The notes beneath the pieces are model-generated. The model saw nothing but the letters and a program-made list of their open reading frames with translations. It had not been told where the DNA came from and searched no databases. Positions 52,815 to 61,528 of a stretch of DNA of 64,000 nucleotides are shown here, piece after piece. The DNA is from an uncultured delta proteobacterium. Lineage in GTDB: Bacteria; Desulfobacterota; RBG-13-43-22. The stretch covers positions 8,255 through 72,254 of the forward strand of contig CAWIRY010000106.1 in NCBI GenBank assembly GCA_963838485.1, read 5' to 3'. How positions within the stretch are numbered: the stretch's first letter is position 1; each line of letters opens with the position of its first letter. The position numbers and the translations under genes were made by a program.

Positions 52815-53609
52815 TTAAAACCTGCCCTGAATGACCACTCCCAACCCCATTCCCAATCGCAGATACAATAGGACAAACAAAAGCAGGATAAAAAAACCTA
52901 GCACCGCGAAATCGATCGGCTGCATTTTTGGTTCGTAATAGAAAGTCCGCTTGGCTCTGGGATCGAAGCCTTTGGATTCCAGGGCCATGGCCAAGGTGTT
53001 GGTGTGGTGAATGGCGTAAATAAACAAGGGGACGGCCTGGGGGATGAATTTGCCCATTCGTTTAAAGATGCTCCCAGATTCCAGGTCCAGCCCCCGGGAG
53101 ACCTGGGCCTGGATGATGGTCGCCCCGGCGCCGACAAAGGTGGGCACCAGCCGCAGGGCCGTGGACAGGGCAAAGGCCAGGGGGTAAGGGATACCCATTC
53201 GAATAAGGCCGTTGGTCAATTCTTCATTTCGGGTGGTGGAAAGAAAGATCAAACCGATGCCGACAAAGGTGGACAGACGCAGACCCATGGCCAGCCCGTA
53301 AAGCAAAGATTCCCGGCTGATTTGGAAAGGCCCCCAGGCCCACCATTTTGTCGGGCCGTGGACAAAAAAAGGCCAGAGGATGACGCTAAAGGAGATGAGC
53401 AACAGGAGGATATAGCGGACTCTCCAAAAATTAGGCCAGGCCTTGGCCCGGATGGCCAAAAGCAGGACACCCGCACTGATGAAGGCCAGATAGAGGGGAT
53501 GATTAAAACACAGACAGATCCCAAAAAAGAGTATGGCCGCCGTCAATTTGGTCCGCGGGTCCAGGCGGTGTATCGGGGTATCCTGATCAAGATAAAGAAA
53601 GATGTTCAT
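52815..53609 (-). CDS. ecfT: ECF transporter transmembrane component (EcfT/CbiQ family)
   Basis: 264-aa polytopic CbiQ-family protein. Overlaps the ATPase gene stop. Confidence 0.8.
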   Translation of the reverse strand: MNIFLYLDQDTPIHRLDPRTKLTAAILFFGICLCFNHPLYLAFISAGVLLLAIRAKAWPNFWRVRYILLLLISFSVILWPFFVHGPTKWWAWGPFQISRESLLYGLAMGLRLSTFVGIGLIFLSTTRNEELTNGLIRMGIPYPLAFALSTALRLVPTFVGAGATIIQAQVSRGLDLESGSIFKRMGKFIPQAVPLFIYAIHHTNTLAMALESKGFDPRAKRTFYYEPKMQPIDFAVLGFFILLLFVLLYLRLGMGLGVVIQGRF

Positions 53610-55279
53610 TTTAATTCCCGGATCATCTGTTCCAAGGTCAGGGCCTGGAGGCTGAGGCGGTTACTCAACTGAACCAGCGGGGGCGGGGAAAGAGAGGCCT
53701 TGGCCAAGGCGGATTCATCGGCAAAAACTTGGCGGGTCGGCCCGTCGAGGATAATGGCCCCTTCTTTTAAGACAAGGGTTCGGGCCGCATATTCAGCGGC
53801 CACCCACATGGAATGGGTGATGATAATGATGGTGTGCCCCTTTTGATTCAACTCTTTTAACAGGTCCATCATCCGGCGTTGGTGTTTATAATCCAGCCCG
53901 GTGGTGGGCTCATCCAGGATGATCACCTGGGGTTGTACGGCCAGGACCGAGGCCACGGCGACACGCTGGCGCTCCCCCTTGGTCAAGGTAAAGGGGATCT
54001 GTTTTTCATAACCGAACAGCTCAACGACTTCCAGGGCCGAGGCCACCCGCTGCCGGATGGTCTTAGGGTCCAGGCCCAGGACCTTGAGCCCGAAGCCGAT
54101 TTCTTCCTCCACGGTCCGGGCAAAGATCTGATGGTCCGGATTTTGAAAAATGTATCCGACCTTTTGGGCCAGGTCCCGATGGCTGTAGGCCTGGGTTGGT
54201 TTTCCCTGGACCAGCACCCGGCCGGCCGAGGGTTTCAACAGGCCGTTAAAGTGCTTAGCCAAGGTGGTCTTGCCCGAGCCGTTTTGGCCCAGGAGGGCCA
54301 CAAATTCTCCCTGGCCGACGGTTAAGTCAATTCCTTGCAAGGCCCTGGTCTCCTGCAGGGGATAGACATATTCCAGGCCCTCGGTCGCAAGGATAGACGG
54401 TCCTTGGTTCCCACCAGGGGACAAAGGGAAGGAGGATTGGTTTTTTTTCCGGGCCAATCCATGCTGGTAAATAAGATTCATGGCCTGGGCCGGAGTCAGA
54501 GGTCGGCCCGGCCAGTCCAGGGTCTGAAAAAGCTCGATTAGGGCCGGGGGCTTGATTCCGCAGGCCTCAAGTCTGGAAAGATCGTTCAGGATTTCTTCCG
54601 GAGGTCCCTGGGCCATCAACTGCCCATCCCGCATCAGCCAGACCTGATCGGCCTCCGTAACCATTTCCGGCTCAGGGGCCACCATGACCAGGGTGCGTCC
54701 TGCCTGCCGCAAGCTTTGGGCCAAGGCCAGTACTTCTTCGGCTCCTTTGGGGTCCAGATCGGTAGTCGGCTCGTCCATCACCAGGATATCCGGTTCCATG
54801 GCTAAAACCGAACCGATGGCCAGACGCTGTTTCTGCCCGCCGGAAAGGGTCGCCGGCTGTCGGTGACGGAAATGTTCCAATCCGATTACCCTGAGATAAT
54901 GTCCGATCCGCTTTTCGATTTCGGGTACGGGCAGGCCGTGGTTCTCCGGCCCGAAGGCCATCTCCAACTCCACATTGGTGGAAAATAATTGGGCCTCAAA
55001 ATCCTGGAGGGACAGGCCTACCTGAAGTGAGAGATGGGCCACCGACTGGGCCGCCGCTTCTTTCCCTTTGACCAGAACCCGGCCCGAATAAGCGCCGCGG
55101 AAAAATTTGGGAATCAGGGCATTGAAGGTATAACACAGGGAAGACTTCCCGGCCCCCCCGTGGCCCATGAGACAGACAAAGGAACCCTCCTCTATCCGGG
55201 CTGAGATGGTTTTCAAAGCCGGGGTTACGCGGCCGGCATAGGTAAAGGACAGATTTTCAATGGAGAGGGCGGGACTCAT
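53606..55279 (-). CDS. ecfA: ECF transporter ATPase, fused tandem nucleotide-binding domains (EcfA-EcfA')
   Basis: 557 aa with two Walker A motifs (GHGGAGKSS, GQNGSGKTT) and two LSGGQ signatures. Confidence 0.9.
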   Translation of the reverse strand: MSPALSIENLSFTYAGRVTPALKTISARIEEGSFVCLMGHGGAGKSSLCYTFNALIPKFFRGAYSGRVLVKGKEAAAQSVAHLSLQVGLSLQDFEAQLFSTNVELEMAFGPENHGLPVPEIEKRIGHYLRVIGLEHFRHRQPATLSGGQKQRLAIGSVLAMEPDILVMDEPTTDLDPKGAEEVLALAQSLRQAGRTLVMVAPEPEMVTEADQVWLMRDGQLMAQGPPEEILNDLSRLEACGIKPPALIELFQTLDWPGRPLTPAQAMNLIYQHGLARKKNQSSFPLSPGGNQGPSILATEGLEYVYPLQETRALQGIDLTVGQGEFVALLGQNGSGKTTLAKHFNGLLKPSAGRVLVQGKPTQAYSHRDLAQKVGYIFQNPDHQIFARTVEEEIGFGLKVLGLDPKTIRQRVASALEVVELFGYEKQIPFTLTKGERQRVAVASVLAVQPQVIILDEPTTGLDYKHQRRMMDLLKELNQKGHTIIIITHSMWVAAEYAARTLVLKEGAIILDGPTRQVFADESALAKASLSPPPLVQLSNRLSLQALTLEQMIRELK

Positions 55280-55376
55280 ATTAATAGGGTGAGAGACCAG
55301 TGGGCATTTTTACCTTCAGATTCCAGAAGTCAGAATTTAAAAGTGAAAGACCGGGGCAACGACCTTTTCTGTTCGG

Positions 55377-56123
55377 TCAGAGTAAAAAACTTCCTATCAG
55401 GATGGCCGCGGTGGAAAGCCAGCCTGAGGTACTGTTCGGCAGATCGGTCACCATCCCGCCAAAGAGGCCGAACAGGGCGCCGGCCGTAACCAACCAGGCC
55501 CCCAAGGGTCCGGCCAGGGGCTTGCCTTGATCGGTCTCCTCCAGGACATCAGCCCAGAAGAGATGCAGATGGTCCTTGACCAGTTTAATAACCGAGGTCA
55601 GCAGAATAACCCCGATAAGAGAGCCCAGGAAGTTGTTTAAGGTAATGATTTTGACCAGCACCTTGTAGGGGACCAGGCCGATCAGATCGACAAAGGCACT
55701 AATGACCACCGCACAGGCCGAAGCGGAGATAAAGGCGATCAAGACATAGGTGATCCAATTGGTCCACTTCCGGGGGTTCCAGTCCCCTGGTTTTTGATTA
55801 AATGGGACCAGGGTGGTCCAAAGGGTATAGGGCAGATAACCCAAAAGGAAATTACCCACAAAACCGGCTGCGGAAGCTGGGGTTAAAGTACCTCCGAAGA
55901 TGTCCCCGATGAGATTGCCGATGGCCGAACCCCAGGCCCCGGCCGGTCCGAACATGAGCCCCAGGGGCATGGGAAAAATGTTGCCCACCCGGAGTTCGGT
56001 AATGCCGGGAATAAGGGGGATGGCGGTTTTAAAAGCCAGCAGGGCCGCGCTATAAATGGCCGCACAGACCGCGGTCAGGATGATCATCCGCGTATTTCCC
56101 CACAGGGTAAAGGCGGCCTTCAT
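55377..56123 (-). CDS. ECF transporter substrate-specific (S) component, substrate unknown
   Basis: 248-aa membrane protein at the head of the S-A-T gene order. Confidence 0.55.
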   Translation of the reverse strand: MKAAFTLWGNTRMIILTAVCAAIYSAALLAFKTAIPLIPGITELRVGNIFPMPLGLMFGPAGAWGSAIGNLIGDIFGGTLTPASAAGFVGNFLLGYLPYTLWTTLVPFNQKPGDWNPRKWTNWITYVLIAFISASACAVVISAFVDLIGLVPYKVLVKIITLNNFLGSLIGVILLTSVIKLVKDHLHLFWADVLEETDQGKPLAGPLGAWLVTAGALFGLFGGMVTDLPNSTSGWLSTAAILIGSFLL

Positions 56124-56345
56124 CGCTTAACCCTCCTTGGAGACGGTATAAGGTATACGGTACAAGGTGTAAGGTCTATGGTGGACGACTATTCCTTATG
56201 AAGTCTCTTTTCGTATTTACATCCTCATGCATCCTCCGGGGCGCCACGAAAGATGAAAATAACCTTCAAAGACCCCAAAGTTTAGATAAGGTTTTAGGGT
56301 TTTCCTTAGACCTTATACCTTCAACCTTGAACCGTTATTTTCTAA
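56124..56345 (-). promoter_or_regulatory. Repeat-rich leader upstream of the ECF S-component gene; candidate cis-regulatory RNA
   Basis: Tandem ggtataaggt/ggtacaaggt/gtaaggtc units at 56149-56190 face an inverted gaccttatacc...ccttgaacc block at 56296-56330. Confidence 0.3.
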
Positions 56346-57584
56346 TTAAACCGGTTTCATGTACTGCATGGTCCCGTCCTGGACGACGGCCACCTTGGCT
56401 TCCCGGGGAAATTCCTTTTCCAGAAGGGCCAGGCATTCCGGCCAGGTTTTGACAAAGAGGGCGTCATCGACATGGCTGATAAGGTCCAGGCTGGTGCGGT
56501 CCGGATAGGGGGCCAGGACGATCAATTTCTTCAACAATAGGTTTACAAACCCTTTGGGCCGGGGCGCATATTGGCGGCCGCCATAATCCGATCCCCAGGC
56601 GCGAAATACATAGTGGGGGACCTGCCCCTCAGGCGCATCGGAAATCAGGACCACAACCCCTTTCTGGGGTTTGGCGGCCGTCAAGGCAATCCGCAGGGCA
56701 ATGGCCGATTCGTTGGCCTTGCCGTAGGCATTGGCCACCACCAGATCAAAGCCCGTGGTATGAAGGACCCCGTAATGCCCTTTTCCCTCTTCGGCCCCGG
56801 ATTGGTGGGTGGCCCGAAAGGGACCGGCATAAAGATTGGTGATTTCACCCCGACGGTTGACCAGGCAATCGACCTTAAAATTCAGCCCCACCGCATCGCC
56901 GGCCGCATCGCACTCGGCCCGCATGATGTTATTTTCGAAGTTCCCCAGCCCGGTGCGGCTTTCATCCCGGCAAAGCTGATTATGGAATTGATTGATGGTC
57001 TCCAAACCGGCCACGCCCGGAAGGATCAGCTTGGACCCACCGCCAAACCCAACATGGACATGGGGGGTGATGCAGCCGATCCCGATCTTCAGGTCGCAGG
57101 CCATAAACTCTCGATTGAACCAGAGTTCCACCCCGGTGGGGGTCCTCCCCACCCGGACGGTGTTCTGGAAGGGATCATGGTTGTAAACGGCATAGTTTTC
57201 CACGATGGCCTCCCCCAATTTCTTGCGGGCATTGATCATGTCATAGGCCCCATGCCCACCCAGGGCCCAGATAAAGCGGATTTGGTCCTCCTTCATCCCG
57301 GCCCGATGGAGGGCGGCCACGATATGGGGGGCAACGTCTTTAATCGGCGTGGGACGGGTCATATCGTCAAAGACAATGACCGCCTGTTTTTTCCCGGCGG
57401 CCAAATTTTTCAAGGTCGGCCCTTCGATCGGGCGGTCGATCTTTTCCTTTATTTGTTGGGAGGAAAGCCCAGGCTTATCGAACCCGGGGGAGTTTAGATT
57501 ATGGACCTCCCAACGATCCGGAAAAGTCAATTCCCGTTCCTGGTTCTCATACCAGAGGCGGGAGGGGACAGAAATTTTTTGCAT
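56346..57584 (-). CDS. LarA-like (lactate racemase family, DUF2088) nickel-pincer-type protein
   Basis: AVIVFDDMTRPTP...WALGGHG matches the LarA N-terminal domain. Likely start MQKISV at 57584, with a GGAG RBS 9 nt upstream. Confidence 0.6.
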   Translation of the reverse strand: MQKISVPSRLWYENQERELTFPDRWEVHNLNSPGFDKPGLSSQQIKEKIDRPIEGPTLKNLAAGKKQAVIVFDDMTRPTPIKDVAPHIVAALHRAGMKEDQIRFIWALGGHGAYDMINARKKLGEAIVENYAVYNHDPFQNTVRVGRTPTGVELWFNREFMACDLKIGIGCITPHVHVGFGGGSKLILPGVAGLETINQFHNQLCRDESRTGLGNFENNIMRAECDAAGDAVGLNFKVDCLVNRRGEITNLYAGPFRATHQSGAEEGKGHYGVLHTTGFDLVVANAYGKANESAIALRIALTAAKPQKGVVVLISDAPEGQVPHYVFRAWGSDYGGRQYAPRPKGFVNLLLKKLIVLAPYPDRTSLDLISHVDDALFVKTWPECLALLEKEFPREAKVAVVQDGTMQYMKPV

Positions 57585-57757
57585 GGTCGTCATCTCCGTT
57601 TCTTGTAAGGGCGGGCAACAGGCGCCGCTACACGTTTGTTCAAAGGGCTGATGGTGATAAATCCTAAAAATTAGTCCCCCGGCGAAAGCCGAAATGGAGG
57701 TTAATTTGTCTGGACCGGCTTTGGCCGGGGTGACGGACTTGATGTCTTCATCCAAGG

Positions 57758-58477
57758 CTAACGAGGACTATTAAAAACATCAATGGCTTCAATGGTTCCT
57801 TGGCCGAAACGAGCCATGGTTTCTGCCGCCAAGTCCAGGCCGACCTTTAAATATCGGGCTTCAATACCCGGTACGGCATAGGCATAAAAAAGGACCCGGG
57901 TGGTATTTTCATTAATCCGGGTTTTTTCGTCGGCCCCCTGGCAGAGGACGCAGACGATTCCCTGTTCATCCCGCAAAACGATTTCGCCCTCTTTGGTTGT
58001 AAAATTTCGTCCTCCCATACCCCGGCATATCTCCCCGTCTTGAGCGCTATCCAGGATCAAGGCCCCCTCGAAGCGATCATAATCGGTAACGGCGACTAAT
58101 ATCCCGGCGCACATCTCGGCCATGAAATGGGTATCCACCATCAGGTTATAACGGGGGAAGCCGCTCTGTATGGTCCTTTTAAGGTGCTTGGGTAAGGGGC
58201 ATTCGTAGCCGAAAGAAATAAAAAATCGGTCGTAGAGGGTGATCCGTTCGGTTATCCCGGGCAGGGTTTCCCGCTTGCGCATCCGGCGCAGAAGGTTCCT
58301 TTTATATTCGTCAAAGCCGGGAGGGTTAAGGGGGTTTTGGCAATCAGAGATCAGGGTAAGCCCGAAGGAGAGACCGGGGTAACGGGCCTGATAATGGTCG
58401 GAAATGGAAAAAGGGATGGTCATAAGGGCGATGGAAGTGCTATTCTCCAGTCTTAAATTTAAGAACTCCAAATTCAA
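57758..58477 (-). CDS. B3/4-domain (tRNA-binding-like) protein
   Basis: 239 aa, resembling stand-alone B3/4 domain proteins (...FPRYNLMVDTHFMAEMC.GILVAVTDYDRF...). Confidence 0.45.
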   Translation of the reverse strand: MNLEFLNLRLENSTSIALMTIPFSISDHYQARYPGLSFGLTLISDCQNPLNPPGFDEYKRNLLRRMRKRETLPGITERITLYDRFFISFGYECPLPKHLKRTIQSGFPRYNLMVDTHFMAEMCAGILVAVTDYDRFEGALILDSAQDGEICRGMGGRNFTTKEGEIVLRDEQGIVCVLCQGADEKTRINENTTRVLFYAYAVPGIEARYLKVGLDLAAETMARFGQGTIEAIDVFNSPR

Positions 58478-58795
58478 ATGATTTTATTTAGTATTAGCAC
58501 AGGTTATCCTGGACTTGCAAGGTCCCTAAAAAAATTTATTTAATAAAAACTTGCCGGGATTCTTGCCTAAGGTGTTTGAATTCGTGGCCTTTCCTTTTAT
58601 TAATCTTTTCCCCTCTTAGGGAATTTTCTCCTCTTCCAGGCGGTGATGAAAACATAATAGCCCATCAGAAGAGGCAGTATCCCCAGGCTCACTTCAAATC
58701 GGCCTTGAAAGAGCTGATAAGTGCTGAACCCGACGATCAGGAGGATAAAGAGGATTTGAATGACAGCCACAACTTTGATCACAACAGGAATTGTC

Positions 58796-59956
58796 CTACT
58801 TTTTCTCAAAAAGCTTCCGATAGGCCCCATAACCCTCTTTTTCCAGGTCCTCTTTGGGAATGAAGCGCAGGGCGGCCGAATTCATACAATAGCGAAGCCC
58901 GGTGGGTTTCGGCCCGTCGTTAAAGACGTGGCCCAGATGGGAATCCGCGTGCTTGCTCCTCACTTCGGTCCGGCGCATAAAAAAGCCCCGGTCTTCCTTT
59001 TCAACAATATTATCAGGCTCCAGGGGCTTGGTAAAACTCGGCCAGCCGGTCCCGGATTCAAATTTGTCTAAGGAGCTGAACAGGGGTTCCCCGGAAACGA
59101 GGTCCACGTAGATTCCCTCCTTTTTATTGTCCCAATATTCGTTCTTAAAGGCCGGTTCGGTGCCGTTTTTCTGGGTCACTTCAAACTGCATGGGGGTCAG
59201 CTTTTTTCGCAAGGTGGCCTCATCCGGCTTTTGGAATCCCATTCCTCTGTCAATGGGTGGGTCATTCTTGGACTCGCCCCCAACCTTTTTTAAGAATCGG
59301 TCCCTCCCGGAGTTGTACCGGTAATATTTATAGCGGATGGGATTTCTCTTGGAATAACCCTGGTGGTACTCTTCCGCCGGATAAAAGATGGTGAATGGCT
59401 TTATCTCGGTAACAATGGGTTTGGAAAATTTCCCGGAATGATTAAGATCCTCTTTGGATTTCTCGGCTAATTGTTTTTGTTCCTCATCATGATAGAAGAT
59501 GATACTCCTATATTGCTGGCCCCGGTCGACAAATTGCCCCCCGGGATCGGTCGGATCGATGTGTCTCCAGAAGAAATCCAGCAGGGCCTTATAAGAGACT
59601 TGAGACGGATCGTAATAGACCTGGATGGCCTCAACATGGCCGGTGGTTCCGGCAGACACCTCTTCATAAGTTGGATTTTTTTTATGGCCGCCGGTATATC
59701 CCGAGACGACTTTGATGACCCCGGGAACCTTTTCAAAATCAGATTCGGTACACCAGAAACATCCCCCGGCAAAAGTGGCTTGACGAGTCGTTGTCTTATG
59801 TTCTGTCATGGTATTCCCTGCCTTATTGTAGTTGGAACTGTCGGATTCTTGAGCGCCCATGGTCATTAAAAAAACCGACAGGATAATTAAACCAAACCGG
59901 GGTCCTTTTAATAGTAGACAATATCCCTTCTGTTTCATTTTAGTGATGCCCCGCAT
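58796..59956 (-). CDS. msrAB: Fused peptide-methionine sulfoxide reductase MsrA-MsrB with N-terminal signal or anchor
   Basis: MsrA active site GCFWCTE, and MsrB C-terminal [10 protein letters not shown]...RYCMNS with CxxC zinc motifs. Confidence 0.9.
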   Translation of the reverse strand: MRGITKMKQKGYCLLLKGPRFGLIILSVFLMTMGAQESDSSNYNKAGNTMTEHKTTTRQATFAGGCFWCTESDFEKVPGVIKVVSGYTGGHKKNPTYEEVSAGTTGHVEAIQVYYDPSQVSYKALLDFFWRHIDPTDPGGQFVDRGQQYRSIIFYHDEEQKQLAEKSKEDLNHSGKFSKPIVTEIKPFTIFYPAEEYHQGYSKRNPIRYKYYRYNSGRDRFLKKVGGESKNDPPIDRGMGFQKPDEATLRKKLTPMQFEVTQKNGTEPAFKNEYWDNKKEGIYVDLVSGEPLFSSLDKFESGTGWPSFTKPLEPDNIVEKEDRGFFMRRTEVRSKHADSHLGHVFNDGPKPTGLRYCMNSAALRFIPKEDLEKEGYGAYRKLFEKK

Positions 59957-60032
59957 TTTATTTTTTAATCTAAGACTTTTATCAGGCCTTGCAAGGGGAC
60001 TATCTTTTGAAGGGAGCTGTTTTCCCTATCTT

Positions 60033-60734
60033 TCAAACTCGTTCGGTCAGGGCCAGCAGCCAGCGGTGAAGAGGGGACATCTTTTTATAGTGTTCGAAGC
60101 AGAGGTCCACCAAACCGGAAGAAAACAATTCCGTGGAGACAGGGATCTCAATTCCGGCATAGAGACCGTTATAGAGCAGGAATTCGGCATTGGGGTGCTT
60201 CGAGTCAAACCCCTGGGGGGTCTTTTTGAAATGCTGCCCCCCATAATAATAGCCTTCTTGTTTCTTAATCCCCTTGATGACCTTGGCCAGGGCCGGTCCG
60301 TGGACCGGATGGACCACCGATTGTCGATAGGTCTCCAGCAGATCTTTGGGAAAACAATAAAGGCCGCTGCCCAGCATGAACTTGTCGGGTTCCAGATGAA
60401 AATAAAAACCGGAGCATTCCATCCGGGGCCTGGTGCCTTCCCAGAACCAGATACCCAGATGGGTCTTGTAAGGGGTTTTGTCGTGACTGAACCGGATATC
60501 CCGGTTGAGTCGAAAAAGGGACTTGTTGACCCGGGGGTCGGCCTGGATTCCTGGGGCGATCTTTTTTAGCCGGTCTCCCATGGCCAGGATAAAATCCCGG
60601 GCCGGTGCCATGACCTGCTGTTCATAGACCTCCTTGTGCTGGTCAAACCACGTTTTGTTGTTGTTTTGGGAAAGCTCTCGAAAAAATGTCAGGGCTTGTT
60701 TGGGAAAACCGATAAAAATTGGGGAAGAGGCCAT
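60033..60734 (-). CDS. DUF2461/TIGR02453-family conserved hypothetical protein
   Basis: ...TWFDQHKEVYE...SLFRLNRDIRFSHDKTPYKTHLG... signature. Confidence 0.6.
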   Translation of the reverse strand: MASSPIFIGFPKQALTFFRELSQNNNKTWFDQHKEVYEQQVMAPARDFILAMGDRLKKIAPGIQADPRVNKSLFRLNRDIRFSHDKTPYKTHLGIWFWEGTRPRMECSGFYFHLEPDKFMLGSGLYCFPKDLLETYRQSVVHPVHGPALAKVIKGIKKQEGYYYGGQHFKKTPQGFDSKHPNAEFLLYNGLYAGIEIPVSTELFSSGLVDLCFEHYKKMSPLHRWLLALTERV

Positions 60735-60801
60735 ATCGTTTATCCTTTCTTCAGACCGAACAGGAAAAAATCAAATTTTCTTTTCAGTTAAAGACCCGCC
60801 T

Positions 60802-61164
60802 TCAGGCCGCTAAGGAAATTTCCGCTAAAATACGACCCCATGGAACCGATATGGTTTTTTCGGAGGTTCGAATGACCAATCCTATTTGTTCAAGGGCTTG
60901 GATGTCCTGATGAACATTCTTGTAGTCCCGTTGGAGCTTTTTAGCTAAGGCCCTAACACTGATCGGCTCCTGATCGTATAGACTCTTTAAAAGTTCCAAT
61001 CGCCGGGGTGTAAGTATCTTTAAAAGAGTTTGGAGATCCTGAAAATATATTCGTTGGATGGGTTCCTCTGGAATTATCCCTTTCTCAGCTTTCTTCCAGG
61101 CATCAATAAATTCCTGGGCGGACTTTCTTTCTCCTGTTACTTGAATTTTTAGATCGGCCTTCAA
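60802..61164 (-). CDS. Winged-HTH DNA-binding protein (putative antitoxin or regulator of a two-gene module)
   Basis: ...RRLELLKSLYDQEPISVRALAKKLQRDYKNVHQDIQALEQIGLV... HTH. The start overlaps the upstream gene's stop by 4 nt. Confidence 0.45.
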   Translation of the reverse strand: MKADLKIQVTGERKSAQEFIDAWKKAEKGIIPEEPIQRIYFQDLQTLLKILTPRRLELLKSLYDQEPISVRALAKKLQRDYKNVHQDIQALEQIGLVIRTSEKTISVPWGRILAEISLAA

Positions 61165-61454
61165 CGTAATTCTCCTCTTATTATTTTAATATCGTTTAAG
61201 AAATCGGCTATCAAAGTCTCTACACTTTTAAAATAATATGCTGCTTCCCGGTCGCCAAAATGACGATGATCTCCTTTTCCTTTTTCATTATCATAGCGAA
61301 TGACCGGGGTCCCGTCTTTCAGACCATAGAACAACCGATATTTGAACCCCTGATGCTCAAAATCTGCCGATTTCGGCAGCTTCCAAAGAATCATTTCCCG
61401 AATGGCGCCATCTCGATAAAGATATTTTGAATGATGAATTAATTTGGCCACCAT
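61161..61454 (-). CDS. Small conserved protein (97 aa), putative toxin-like partner
   Basis: Compact protein with a KGKGDHRHFGD core, translationally coupled to the wHTH gene. Family not identified. Confidence 0.35.
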   Translation of the reverse strand: MVAKLIHHSKYLYRDGAIREMILWKLPKSADFEHQGFKYRLFYGLKDGTPVIRYDNEKGKGDHRHFGDREAAYYFKSVETLIADFLNDIKIIRGELR

Positions 61455-61528
61455 ATGGTTATATACACCATAAAATTAAAAAAAGAAATTTAAAATTTTC
61501 TGGAAAGTCCGCCTATCGTCTGCTTCGA

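Noticed and set aside
56149-56190. Short tandem GGTAYAAGGT repeats considered as a CRISPR array
   Set aside because: The units are only about 10 nt, with no spacer/repeat periodicity of 28-37 nt and no cas genes nearby. Treated as a regulatory repeat instead.
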